Assembly (NCBI GenBank): GCA_000934665.2 | Contig: JYFJ02003745.1 | Location: 1-38,292, forward strand | Reading direction: 5' to 3' | Length of the DNA stretch: 38,292 nucleotides | DNA from: Catajapyx aquilonaris | Lineage: Eukaryota | In this document: positions 22,701-34,840 of the stretch, piece by piece | Layout: each line of letters opens with the position of its first letter | Position numbering within the stretch: position 1 is the first letter of the stretch | Notes under the pieces: generated by a model | Databases searched by the model: none | Seen by the model: the letters and a program-made list of their open reading frames with translations, nothing else | What the model was told of the DNA's origin: nothing | Position numbers and translations under genes: made by a program

Positions 22701-24028
22701 AATTCTTGTCAATTTGATTCCTTTTTCAACTTAAGTATAATGTGGGTGGTCAGCTATTCATCATTTTCTCCCTGTACCCTTAGCACTCATGATTGTGTCT
22801 ATATCTGTATTCCTTGGCAAGAATAAATTCTCCGTGTTTAATATTTCTGCACTCGAAAGTCTTGATATCCTCATCAAAACATATCTGGTGGAGGGGGGGG
22901 GGGTGTGACGGGGGGAGTCTCTCTTACCTATTATTTGACTAATATTTTCAAGTAACATACGGGTAGTTTCTGTATGGTTTTAAAAATTACAAAATAATAT
23001 GGCGACATCAAGTGAAGAAGTAGCGCCGAAAACTGTGTCGATAGCAGCATATGTATAGCATCTCGTGAAACAACTCTTGCAAAAACTGCTACTTACTGTA
23101 CTAGTGCTACTAGTACAGTACCATTACTATTACTATAACTTTACTGTTACTTTGCTCTTGCCATCGATCTGTCGATTAGGCTAGGTGGGCTCCCCCAATG
23201 AGTGTCAGTATTTTCCAAAGATTAACTTCAAGAGCCTTGTTTTCGCTTTTATTTCAATTTAATTTTGATTTTGGGAAAAAAAACTTGCTCTACCCTTTCA
23301 TGCCTCTGGTACACAAGATTTCTTGATCCAGATTAGCCGCTCCAGGGTCCCGCAACGGGCATAATCATGTTCCGGAACAGTGTTTGAGATGAAGTATCGA
23401 CAGCCTTTCCCATTAACAGTGTGGTGACATCAGGATTCTCACCCGGATTCCCAGCCAGTCCGAATAGACCACAAGGCACAAGTTAATAATCCCCAACCAG
23501 GATATACCCTTCAACACTTTCAGGCCACAACAGGATCTTCCCTTATCCTGGGGCAGGCGCGTGACCCCCCCTCCCCACTCCCTCGCTTTGTTGTCTTCAG
23601 TTATCGTTAATTTTGTTCATAAGCTTAGGTATCATGTTATGCAGCGTCTCGTCACTCCCAGTGACATGAGTACATAAGTACATTGCTCCCCCCCCCCCCC
23701 CCCCCCCCCCCCGGTGAGCTTAGCTCTGCTCCCTCTCTGAGGCGGTTTGCCACGGCGGCGCTAGTATCAGTACCGAACGGGCAGCGCCTTACCTAGCGGG
23801 AAATTGTGAACCATTTCAGTCGACTCCGATATAGCGTCTGGGGACAGCGGAACCTCACAGCTATCCGGCCAATCAGAGACGGGCACTCCCCAGCGCCACA
23901 GGAGAAGTGGTGGCATACTTTCGTACTTCTTACAGTACCGAGATACAGTATCTGGAAACGAACTCAAGGATGGACATGTCGTAGCCCCATAGCGAACTTG
24001 AGCACTTCATAAAATGTCTACTGAAATT

Positions 24029-24315
24029 GAAGCCCTTTCGGCAAATAGGGCACATGTCAGGAGAAAATCGAGAAAAACGCACAGCTTGGTAAATGACCAG
24101 TGCCCTTTATGCCGATAATATGCAATTCGGCTCACGTGACATGTGCCCTTGTTGCAAAACAGCCTAATCTTCAAACCTCATTTTCAGCTGTGACAAATCT
24201 TCCTTTTGATGCACACTTTTCTCAGGACCTCAGAAACAATCCCCTCTGTCATTTAGTGATGATAACTCGAATGTTCCAAAAGAGTGACATGTGCCCTTTT
24301 TGCCAAAAGGGCTTC
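24029..24315. mobile_element. Sola1-like MITE
   Basis: TIR GAAGCCCTTTCGGCAAATAGGGCACATGTCA and TGACATGTGCCCTTTTTGCCAAAAGGGCTTC. AATT on both sides (24025-24028, 24316-24319), consistent with an AWWT TSD. Confidence 0.65.
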
Positions 24316-27300
24316 AATTGGACACATGCTGTAGTGCAATCCAGTTCCAGATTAAGCCGCGCCCCCTGGCACGATTTTTCATACGAGGGCAATAGGGGAC
24401 GCCACCTCCACTAGATAATACCTCCATGGTGAATAACATGGTCATTGTCAATGGCCCATATTCTAATACTGCCACAAAGCAACATATCCGCTACATAGAT
24501 ATTTCACACAAATATTTCACAAAAACAGGATTGGCGACGAATGAATCACTCCGTATATGCTATATCTGTAGTGTGACTGGTGATCGCCTGTAAATTCATT
24601 ATTAGGTAATTAATAATATCCAAAACATCGTAAATATGTAGAGCATCGATATATTTTTTATTTGAAAAGGTAGGGAAAAAATTTGGCACTGAGACAGTAA
24701 TAAACGGTTAAGTGTCAATATACTTATTCTACACAAGAGAATAAGGGCGCGTGCACGCGGCAGGCGACTATCACCTGCATGGTTTCCAGTATCCTGAGTG
24801 TCATAAACGGTCTTCGCCAGCTCTAAATCATAATTTTAAGAGTGTGCGCACTGCAGAATAGACAGAGGAATTCATTTTTTGAATGTGGGCGACTAATATT
24901 ATAATATATTATTGTCCATGAAAATCTGATTGCACACCCGCAGGATGCACACGCCCAAATATTGCGGAGATAGACAACACCAAACTAACTGCATAAACTT
25001 CTCCCTTTGAAATCTCATAAGGAGACAAGTCATGTCTACAGCAAATATATTGTCGGTCTGTAATGTTGTCTGTCGCCTTACATATACATCATCACTTCTA
25101 TCATGCGGAAAGATTTCAGCTACCCACATGACAAAAGAAATTTGTTAATGCAAATTGATGCGTTTCTGATATCTGCAGCCAAAATCCAGTTTTATATAGG
25201 CTACCGGTACACATTCCCATGTGGGGCAGGTGAAGTATTACCAGCAACCGCTGATATTTTTCTCCAATTTAATGGAAGTTTTTATGTTTCCATGTTAGGT
25301 ACTAAGCTTATCAAAACTGATATAATATGCCAAATATTTTAGGATTAACTGATGTATTCTAGCGCTATCCAACCATCATGATACTAGCTCAGTGAAGGCA
25401 TCCTTTTAAGCTATCTTTGACAGTTGTATAGAGCCAAGACATTATTTTGTGTCCGAAACTTTTTTGGATGTATATTTTGCTTATTACATTACACTCTTTC
25501 ACGATATCTCTTCGACCCCAGGTGGAAGCGAAGACATGTCTTTAACTACTTACTACCAATATTAAATTTTCATTGTTGCAACTAAAATATTTGCAGTTTT
25601 CATAAATACTACATTCAGTAATATTCATAACTAGTACAAAAATAGTCGCAATTTTAATAAATCTGAAATCATGCTAATTTCTTTTTTTATTTGCACTAAA
25701 TTAAATCTGCATGCTTGTAGGCTGTAGGCTTACAAGAAAACAATTTTGATCCGGAACTGATACCCAAAATCTCTTACTCCTAGCCTTGCCGGCTGCGTTC
25801 TGTATAGGCTACGGTGCCGTAGCCTGCATGGATGTTGGGATACGTGCTGCAACACATTTAAAATATTTCATGTCACAATTTGCAGAACTGTCACTCTGTC
25901 AGAGTCACTATAGATTTCAAGAAATTGTGGCAATTTTATATCTAAAAAGTTCATTATCCCTTACCATAGTCATTTTGCCAACACCTTTCTAGGATATTGT
26001 AACTGCCTCAGTCGAAGAATTGCTTGACAATCACCTCGTCCTGACTCGTCAAGAGCTGAATATTATTATTATTATTATCATCATCAATCTACCAAATATT
26101 TCATATAGGGTCTGTCGATGAGCTAGAAGTTAGCATTCCTACTACTACGCGCCGCTCCCATCGGACCCATCCAGTTGCAAGCAGGAAGTTGATGAGATTT
26201 TTGAGTGATGGATACTGCAATGTCCATTGCTGTTTTTCAGTCAAATCCGACACTATGATGAAGTAACTTTTCCAGAAATAATGGGGACATCTCAGCTACA
26301 CATAAATGTGCCAAGTCAAGTTTTTCGACTTACTGTAATTAACGCGAATTAACGAGATTTTTGAGTGCCACTAAACTCGAGAGGGAAGTGACTCCCATCC
26401 ACACATTATTGTTCGAGTCACACTCATCGTCTGTCAGACTCATCGGTATACAGTGCTTACAGCGTTACTTCTCAAAAAGGGGATTAGCCCTCCACTCCCC
26501 ACCAGACCCTGTGGGTCGCGACTGGTACCCTGAATGATCAAAGGATCCTACCAGGTAAGGTCTATAGAAGATAATAGGACATCTGTTTTGTTTTAGGCAC
26601 TAATTCTTTGGTGTTCATGCACAATAGCATGAATTAGGCAAGTGAAATGTTGAATTACAAGAGGAATAATAATCAACTTAGATGTAGGGGCGACATATCA
26701 CAAATGCAATATATTTGTTCATTTCAAATGTGCACAGCTAGGGGGAGGTTGGAACCTCCAGAATTTTTTATTTAGATTCCATTGCAACGATAGATTGTGA
26801 CCTATTTTTAGGGTCAACTGTTGTAAACTAAAATATGACATTCAACTCGTTTTATATTGACTGCTTTATACTATACTACCGTATATGCAATGTGTGATAT
26901 ACCATGAAATGGGGTGTGGCAATGTGCAATAAGGCCAATAACTGTATAGCCTACTCATTTTTATCATTAAATGAGAGGCTTAATTATTATTATAACAAGT
27001 GCCCATCCCAACAGATGGCATTAGGTGGCACGGGCTCCAACCAAGCAAGCTTATCAAATATCAGTTTTGGGCTTGGTTGAACCCTTCTTAGACCGTGGTT
27101 GAACTGCTGCCTGGAAACACATTTCAACTGGGAAAGTGAAAGAAAAATGAAAAATCAAATAATTATTGTCAATGATAACAATTATTAAAACCTTCCCTTT
27201 CCTGATATTTTTCCCGGATGAGAAATGTTTCCTAGGAGCGGTGCAACATGGTGAGCAATATGTGACTCTAAAAATGAATGGCCAAGTTTTGTACAGTGGT

Positions 27301-27785
27301 AAATAAAAAGACAAATCGTCCATACTGAAAAATAAAGGTGTTTTTTTGACTAGGCTGATTTTGTAGGACGAATTCATAGTCCGAAAGGATCATTTTCTGT
27401 AGAGTGCCTTTCGTTAGATCCAGCGAGATAATAATTATTACCGTTTACCTTTACGCGAGCCTGCTTTCAACATTCTGATTTATGTCCTGTTATTGCATCA
27501 TGAGGCTGATCATATAGCTGATTTTGCGTGGGAACGCAAAATCAGCTATATCCGACAGTAAAAAAAGAGTTTAAAGTGACATTGGATTCTCCATGTTGTC
27601 TTCTACCTAGTACCCGTCAAATATGGTGTAGCACAGCCACATGGAAATGGGTGAAAAATGGCTCCTAAGCAAAAGCAGCTAGATCCAAGTTTGTGTGCAT
27701 ATCAAGCCAGCTCCAATGCGATAATTTTTCCATACGGTTAAATGTGTTAAATTTAGTTTTTTAAAAATCCATATGAAACATATAC

Positions 27786-29787
27786 GGGCAATTCCATGTG
27801 AACGTGATCACCTTTTGCACGAGAAAATTTGTCCGTCGACGAGTGTGGGATATGTTTATGTCCAGGTCACGTTAGGACCTTTCCCACAAGGATTTGGTCC
27901 GCTGATGCGTGGTTGCCTGTCTATAGGCGCTAAATGCACTGGGATCACAGTTAGAGGCGCCCCCTATTACATTTACCTGACAACGTAAATCCATGATGTA
28001 ATACTTGTTTCATGTGTGAAATTGTCTCCTCTTTCCGACAAAAATAGTCACTTTCCTATAGCTGTGCAAATTAATGTCACAAAGCGAGATCTTTGCAAAC
28101 AAATGACATTTTCAAAAAAGAGCCAAAGTCAAATGTCATTACATTGATATCAAAACACACTTCACAGTGTCCTCTATCAGTGGTACAAACGGAATTTTGG
28201 AATACGAAATGGTTACGGAGCTATAGGTACTGACGTGGAGCGCTGCGCTCGTGGCCAAGCCCCCAGAATGAACAGGAGCGGTCCACCTAGGTCCGTCTTC
28301 ATGTCTCAGGAAGTGCACGCTTCTCCTTTGTGTTCAATTCACTTAATAATATAGGGGCCGTCCATAATCCGCGCGGACAGATTTTTTCACTTTTTTACCT
28401 CCCCCCCTCCCCTTTGCGGACAGAAGCGGACAATTTCTTACCTCCCCCCCTAAAAATTGCGCGGACATGGCCTCCTTGACCCCCCCCCTGCCCCCGCTTC
28501 GCCACACTGAAAGTGTTATTTTCGATATATTGGTATTTTTTATTTTTTGATATCTACACACAAATTCCTTTTTTCAGAGCCATTACGGTATATTTGAGAG
28601 GTCTGACTAAAAAAACGGCCGTGTCCTTAATATTCATTTGACGTTTATTGTCCGCGNCCCCCCCTTCACTTGTCCGCGCGGATTATGGACGGCCCCATAT
28701 GGTAGTTATATAGTTTTAGTATATCTAGAAATATAGTTCCAAATAAATTTGGTCAGCTACTGGGCAATTCCACGAGAACGTGATCACCTTTTGCACGAAA
28801 AAATTTGACCGGTCAAATTTTTTCGTGCAAAAGGTGATCACTTATCGACGCGTCGATAAGTGTGAGATATGTTTAGGTCCAGGTTAGAACCTTTCCCATA
28901 AGGATTTGGTCCGCTGATGCGTGGTTGCTTCTCTACAGGCACAAATTGTACTTTGATCACAGTTAGATGTATTACATTTACACGATGTAAATGCATGATG
29001 TGATACAAGTTTCATGTGTGAAATCGTCTCCTCTTTTCGACAAAAATGCTAACTTCCTGACAGATGTGCAAATTCTTGGCAAAAAATGAGAATTTTGCAA
29101 ACAAATGAAATTTTCGAAACGAGAGCCAAGTCAAATGTCTTCACATTGATATCAAAAAATTCCGCATAGTGTCCTCTATCAGCCATACAAACAGAATTTG
29201 AGCATACGAAAGGGTTACGGAGCTATAATCACTGACGTGGAGGGGTGCAGGAGTGCAATATATTCCATTATAGTGAAAGCAAGGGGCCCGTATGGATCCG
29301 CAAGGAATTCCGTACAGGCCTCAACAGTGAACATTCATTTGGACTGTGACTAGGAACGAATAGAGGAATGAACACACAAATAAAAAGTAGACTTCATGTT
29401 TCTTTATTCTATCTAATCAAGCATATTTTAATATTTAACACTTGACACTTGTGAAAATTTAAGTTATTCTTACTATTCTATGGTAATTTTTTTGGAACTA
29501 TATTTTCTTAAAGTGAATTAAACAGAAAGGACAAGCGTACACTACCTGAGACATGAAGACGGACCTAGGTGAGCCTCTCCTTTTCATTCTGCGGGCGTGG
29601 GCACTCGCGCAGCGCTCCACGTGATCCAAGTGCAATATTAGCGCCTGTAGATAGGCAACCACGCGGCATCAGCGGACCAAATCCTTATGGGAAAGGTCCT
29701 AACGTGACCTGGACCTAAACATATCTCACACTCATCGACGGGCAAATTTTTTCGTGCAAAAGTGATCATGTTCACGTGGAATTGCCC
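27786..29787. mobile_element. Sola2-like non-autonomous composite element with an internal second left arm at 28762
   Basis: Long TIR beginning GGGCAATTCCA.GTGAAC.TGATCAC at 27786 and ending 29787. 4-bp TSD ATAC at 27782-27785 and 29788-29791. About 27786-28240 is repeated at about 28762-29240. Confidence 0.7.
28354..28696. mobile_element. PIF/Harbinger-like MITE nested in the Sola-like element
   Basis: 26-bp TIR GGGGCCGTCCATAATCCGCGCGGACA. 3-bp TSD ATA at 28351-28353 and 28697-28699. Confidence 0.75.
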
Positions 29788-29790
29788 ATA

Positions 29791-31031
29791 CGAGGGGAGT
29801 TCATAAAGTTCGCGCCTTTGGGTTGAAGGAAATGAGAGAAACAGTTCAAATTGCACACATGTATTAGTCCTTCTCTCTATATTAATCCAGCAAAGCCACA
29901 CATTTTTCCCAGCGATACACGACTTGTGGGACACAATTATTGCCCAAGTCGACACTTTCCGCTTGAAAATTGTTTTCAACCTTCGTGATCACACCCTCGT
30001 CGCTTTCAAAATGCTTCCCACACAGTGCTTCCTTCATGTGGCGAAAGAGGAAGAAGTCTCCAGGGGCGAGGTCTCGGGAATACAGCGAATGGGGCAGAAT
30101 ATTAATAATTGGGTGATAGGCGTACCCCTAAGGGTTTACTGCCAGACATTTATTGAGAGATGTTACAAGATGGGATCCTATTATTGACGCGCCCGGGCCC
30201 ACGGGCAGGATGACAGGAGGGGATGTGCAAGTGCAGTGCCTTGTCTGAAATGTGGTCGTTTTGTGAGCTCCCCCGGGTGGATTAGTCTAAGGAAATTCCA
30301 CCCGAGACGAAGTCAGAGACGACTCATGAACTCTGCACGAGATGAAGGGGGTGTCCCCGGGCTGGAATCGAACCCGGGACCTTAACATCCGTGGGCGCAT
30401 ACGTTACCGCAGCACAACTCCGCCTCCCGATGGGGCAGAATACTGTACCCCAACTGGCCAGCAAGTGCCACAGTTGCATGGGCATAATGAGCAGGTGCGT
30501 TGTCGTGCACACCTTGCGTCACCATTCCTCGTCTCTTCCGCTTGATCTGGTGATGCAGGTTTTACAGGAGGTGTTGATAAATTAATACTGCCCTGTGATG
30601 GTCTGACCTTTTAGTGCCTAATGAGTCGTGATAAAATCCGCGGGAATAAAAAAAAACCACTGAGCATAACCATCCCAGATGATGGCTGCATTCTGGCCTT
30701 CTTCGGCCGTGGAGAGTTTTGAATGTTTCCACAGCTTGTTCTGTAATTTGGTCTCTAGGTCGTAGTGGTACACCCAACATTCGTCCATGATGACGAGTCT
30801 GTTGTAAAAATCGCCATCTTCGGAGAGGAACATCGCCAACTTTTGAAAACTTTTTTCGAGGGCAAAGTGTTTACTTCGGCAATAATGGTGTCCCACAAAT
30901 CGTGCATCGCTGGGGAAAATGTGTGGCTTTGCAGAATTAATATAGAGAGAAGGACTAATACATGTGCGCAGTTTGAACCGTTTCTCTCATTTCCTTCAAC
31001 CCAAAGGCGCGAACTTTATGAACGCTCCTCG
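29791..31031 (-). mobile_element. Decayed mariner element with a disrupted DDD transposase
   Basis: TA|CGAGGGGAGTTCATAAAG ... CTTTATGAACGCTCCTCG|TA. Minus-strand motifs IMDECWVYHYDLETK, HDNAPAH and YSRDLAPGDFFLF. Confidence 0.9.
30102..30429 (-). mobile_element. Full-length SINE family C inserted in the mariner transposase
   Basis: 13-bp TSD ATGGGGCAGAATA at 30089-30101 and 30430-30442. B-box GGTTCGATTCC. Homologous to 6709-6945. Confidence 0.88.
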
Positions 31032-31033
31032 TA

Positions 31034-31185
31034 CTATCGGGTTCAAATACTTTTGGCAACTTTATCCTGGTCTCGAAGCAACCCTTCACACGCACGCACA
31101 CACACGCACCTCCTTAACGTGGGGTCTGTGCGAAGGGTTGCTTCAAGACCAGGATAAAGTGGCCAAAAGTATTTGAACCCGATAG
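31034..31185. mobile_element. Tc1/mariner-type MITE sharing the TA at the mariner's right end
   Basis: TA|CTATCGGGTTCAAATACTTTTGGC ... GCCAAAAGTATTTGAACCCGATAG|TA; arms about 55 bp. Confidence 0.85.
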
Positions 31186-31610
31186 TACATGATAGTGTCT
31201 CATGAGTGGTCGAATCAGCATTTTAACACTCTCCATATAATTGTTAAAAAATAATTTCTGTGGAAAAATCCAGCTAAATATAAACTGACCTCCAAATTTG
31301 TGGTTAAACTACCAATCCACGATTTTCAAAACTTACATTAAAAATGCAAAAAAATGCCATCTCCTGACTCCCCCTATCACAACCCTATCAGCTACTCTCA
31401 GTTTGCAACAGTTTCCAAATGACAGGGTTTTCTCCTCTCCTGTACAATTTCTTATTATGGACTTAAGCTGCTTTTGCTTTCGAGCTCATTCTGTTATTGG
31501 GTTGCAGTTTAGCTTTAAAATGCATGACAATGTTTACTCTTTAGATGAAAAATATCATGACTTGCGTGGTGGGATGCATGCCAGCTGGTATATTTTATTA
31601 TTAATTTATA

Positions 31611-32087
31611 CGAGGGCAGAGTATAAAAATGATTTACACCGTAACTTTTTTTGCCTCAAATACAGGGGCCATGCATGTCGGAAGATAGTCACATATTATT
31701 GATAGAATCCTCCTGGAGCCTATTGGATTGGCATCACAGGTGTGGCAACCTCTCCACACTCTCCAGGAACCACTTTCTGGAGGACCACTGGACAACTGCT
31801 CCCAGTCAACAATGTCCCTGAAAGCATCCAAATCCGGATCCATGAAAACACCTCTTCGCCGACGCCAATTCGAGGACATTGTTGACTGGGAGCAGCTGTC
31901 CGGGAGTGGGTGTGCCGCCCCACCAAAAAGTGGTTCCTGGAGGGCCTGGAGAGGTTGCCACACCCATGAATCCAGTGGATTCGGCTCCAGGAGGATTCTA
32001 TCGATAATGTGTGCCTATCTTCCGACCCGCATGGGCCTGTATTTGAGACAAAAAATTAAAGGGTAAATCATTTTGATACTGCCGTCG
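31611..32087. mobile_element. Mariner-derived fold-back MITE
   Basis: TA|CGAGGGCAG ... CTGCCGTCG|TA. Arms about 200 bp, containing mariner C-terminal-like coding remnants (MKTPLRRRQF.., VREWV..KKWFLEGLERLP). Confidence 0.8.
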
Positions 32088-32698
32088 TACCTTGCGTTTG
32101 AAATCCATTATCTGAGTCTAACGAGGCTTCGAAGACCAAAACGTCCTCGGACGATCATAAATAATTTCTCCTGAAGGTTTCCTGATTAGTTAATAAACAC
32201 TATATTGCAGGCTTCTGTACAGATTCGAATTTTCTACTTGGTACGGTATTTTGTTATGAGTTTGAAAAACGTTTTAAATGTCTGGGTTATGTAAGTAGCC
32301 TATATTTTCACCTGCTCCCTATTATGACGTTAACGAGAGGATGAATGGATATGTGAATTGCACAGTCAAATGCATAATGTGACTGATCATCCGCCCAGCA
32401 CAATAAGTAGGCTATATGGTGTATAAACGTACAAATTCCCTCGCAGACCTAGTTTAAGGAATAGGCTACTTTTGCACAGCATTCACTTCTGGCACTTATT
32501 GGAGACTCTTATGTACTACGTAAAGATAGGTCAACAAAGGGAAAGTGAAAGAAAACAAAACACTTGATGAGGATGCACTTTCTAGAAAGTATTGCACTAC
32601 ATTATCCTACCTGCAATTTTTAGATATTTTAAGCAGTAAAACTGACGAAGACTAGCCATTTTCTGAGTTATCTGTGGCCAGACGAAAACTGACTGAAG

Positions 32699-34117
32699 TT
32701 ATAGTGAAAAGTAGCTGAGAAGTTGTGAGGGCTTTACGCTGCTAATAGCTGCATTTTGCAAGAAGGGAGACCCATAGGCGAGCTTGAGAGGAATGTTGAC
32801 TCCTCCTCCTCCTTGCTCCACCGTGTTGTGGCCAAACTCATATTCTGAAGAAGTTACAGAAGTTGCTGGAGATGCTGAGAAGAAGCCTTGCTGCATTCCA
32901 GAAGGGATACCGTACTCATCTCTGGCCAGTAGTTGCACATGCTGCACCTGTTCTGGAGAAGGTGTAGCATCCACCGGTGCAGGGTCTGACGCAAACTGTG
33001 CCATGTTCGGGGATAACGTAACGGCATTTTGCTCCTGACCTGGCTGGTATGAATGTGGAGTGCTGTTCTCTGGCATCTGTGCTGGTGGGAGATAGGTAGG
33101 CCTGTGTCCTGCTGATTGACTTTTCCCGGGTGACGTGGCCTCCTCTTTGGCTAGTTGCAATGCAGCGGCGAAAGCATGGACACCGTGGTCTGTCGGCTGC
33201 TGATATTGCGGTACACCGTAACTGTACCCCCTCTGCTGAGACTGATGTTGAAAAGTCTGGATGACTTCAGGAGCGGAATATGACTGGCTAGTTTGGGAAG
33301 GAGCATTGTAAGAGGAGCTAACCTGGTGGGATTGGCTTGCTTGGGGTGCACTGTATGACTGGCTAGCCTGAGGTTCAGGAGAGTAAATGGGCTGGTGCCT
33401 TGACTCAGGTACTGAGTAAGATTGACTAACTTCAGGTGTAGAGTAGGATTGGCTCACTTCAGGTGCACTGGATGGATGTGATGTCATTTGAGGTTGTTGG
33501 CTGCTAGGATAATATTGCTGGACAGAAATTCCATGTTGAGGCTGTTCATGGTGCCCGTTGTAATTATGCTGCCCATTGCTCTGGTGTCCCTCTCGTTGAC
33601 GAGGAATCTGGTAAGCACTAGCAGGCAGACTGTAACCTATACTGCTTTGCTGCTGGTACCGATTAACTTCCACAACATCCTGTTGTCTCTGTTGACTGCT
33701 TCCCTGTGAATATAGAGTCCGAGTAGGAGCAGTGTACGACTGGCTAGCCTCAGGATTGGCTTGCGATGAACTCGGTTGTCCATATTCAGTGCTAATTTGT
33801 TGAGATTGCACCAAAGAAATGGGGTAAGGAGACGAAATCTTGGATGAGGCCGGAGATATTTCATTCAGGCGAATGTCTTTAGAAGAGCTGGCCATGTCAA
33901 AAATGTTTCCAAAACTGCTCTCATGTTCTGCAATGATGCTTTGCACCCGGCGTAAGAGCTCAACATCGACGATATCGCCAAGACCGGGACTGTCTTCCTC
34001 GATGATCAGGGTCGAAGCTGGCCTATTGATGACAGATTGACTCCTTATTGGCCCGTATCCGGGTGATGGAGGCTCTGCAAAGGCTGTTGCCGTCAGGACA
34101 GCAAGGACCAAGGTAAT
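32699..34117 (-). CDS. Terminal coding exon of a secreted low-complexity (cuticle/extracellular-matrix-like) protein
   Basis: Open frame of about 470 codons. Phase-0 acceptor tttcag| at 34118, then ITLVLAVLTATAFA-EPPSPGYGP: the end of a signal peptide followed by an EPP..YGP start typical of insect cuticle-associated proteins. SQSYxxP repeats. The TTG start in the ORF track is probably not the true start. Confidence 0.88.
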   Translation of the reverse strand: MTLVLAVLTATAFAEPPSPGYGPIRSQSVINRPASTLIIEEDSPGLGDIVDVELLRRVQSIIAEHESSFGNIFDMASSSKDIRLNEISPASSKISSPYPISLVQSQQISTEYGQPSSSQANPEASQSYTAPTRTLYSQGSSQQRQQDVVEVNRYQQQSSIGYSLPASAYQIPRQREGHQSNGQHNYNGHHEQPQHGISVQQYYPSSQQPQMTSHPSSAPEVSQSYSTPEVSQSYSVPESRHQPIYSPEPQASQSYSAPQASQSHQVSSSYNAPSQTSQSYSAPEVIQTFQHQSQQRGYSYGVPQYQQPTDHGVHAFAAALQLAKEEATSPGKSQSAGHRPTYLPPAQMPENSTPHSYQPGQEQNAVTLSPNMAQFASDPAPVDATPSPEQVQHVQLLARDEYGIPSGMQQGFFSASPATSVTSSEYEFGHNTVEQGGGGVNIPLKLAYGSPFLQNAAISSVKPSQLLSYFSL

Positions 34118-34186
34118 CTGAAACTGGAGGCCAATCTGACAGTGTATTTTTTTTAAATTATATATACTGTAAATGTATAGTATATA

Positions 34187-34215
34187 CTAGCAGGTAACTC
34201 GGCGTTTCCCGGGTG
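34187..34215 (-). mobile_element. Helitron-like 3' terminus in the intron
   Basis: Minus strand CCCGGGAAACGCCGAG (imperfect hairpin)-TTACCTG-CTAG|T. Confidence 0.5.
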
Positions 34216-34840
34216 TGTTTTGATTGTCGTGGTGGTATAGACAGAAGTAATTCAGCAATAATGAAAAAAATACACTGCGTAGGGGTAAGGGGCCATTTCG
34301 TTTTCCTCTTGTTAGAAAATGCCTGAACGCAGCAATATAAGGAAAGTGAATGGTAACACATTGAACATTTACCTACTAGATTCCGCAATGAAAATTTGAA
34401 CAAAATATAGGAAAAAGCACAAAATTGAAAAAGTGAAGACACAATTTTTTTCAGTTTCACAAAAAGTGTTCCTAATTTCCTAACCTGCGTTTTAATGGGA
34501 GGAAAGGTGTTTAAAAACATTTCTAAATTTGTGAATGCTTCAAAATGCTCGATTAATAACAATACAATGAAAACTGGTTTATCTTCACGATGAAAATGAA
34601 AAGTTTTCCAGATTTGCAAAAAATAAAATTATGCCGTTGAATAATGACTTGATCAATACAATGGGAAACACTACGAAGTGTTGTGAACAATTTTACTCCT
34701 CTAGAAGTCCCTAAATTAATTTCCAGAGACCGCCTTAAAAACTCGAAATTAGAGTAGGCCTATCGGCCAACTGTTAGGCTGATTTAATTATGAAATACGC
34801 TAAAATATACGGAACAACAACCTTGAGAACCGCGCCAGAT

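Noticed and set aside
24950..25950. Possible decayed hAT transposase (DGW and TDN-like triplets on the minus strand)
   Set aside because: Motifs are too short and interrupted by many stops to call without a profile search.
26990..27127. Possible minus-strand terminal exon after a strong pyrimidine tract
   Set aside because: Only a short unrecognisable frame and no linked upstream exon.
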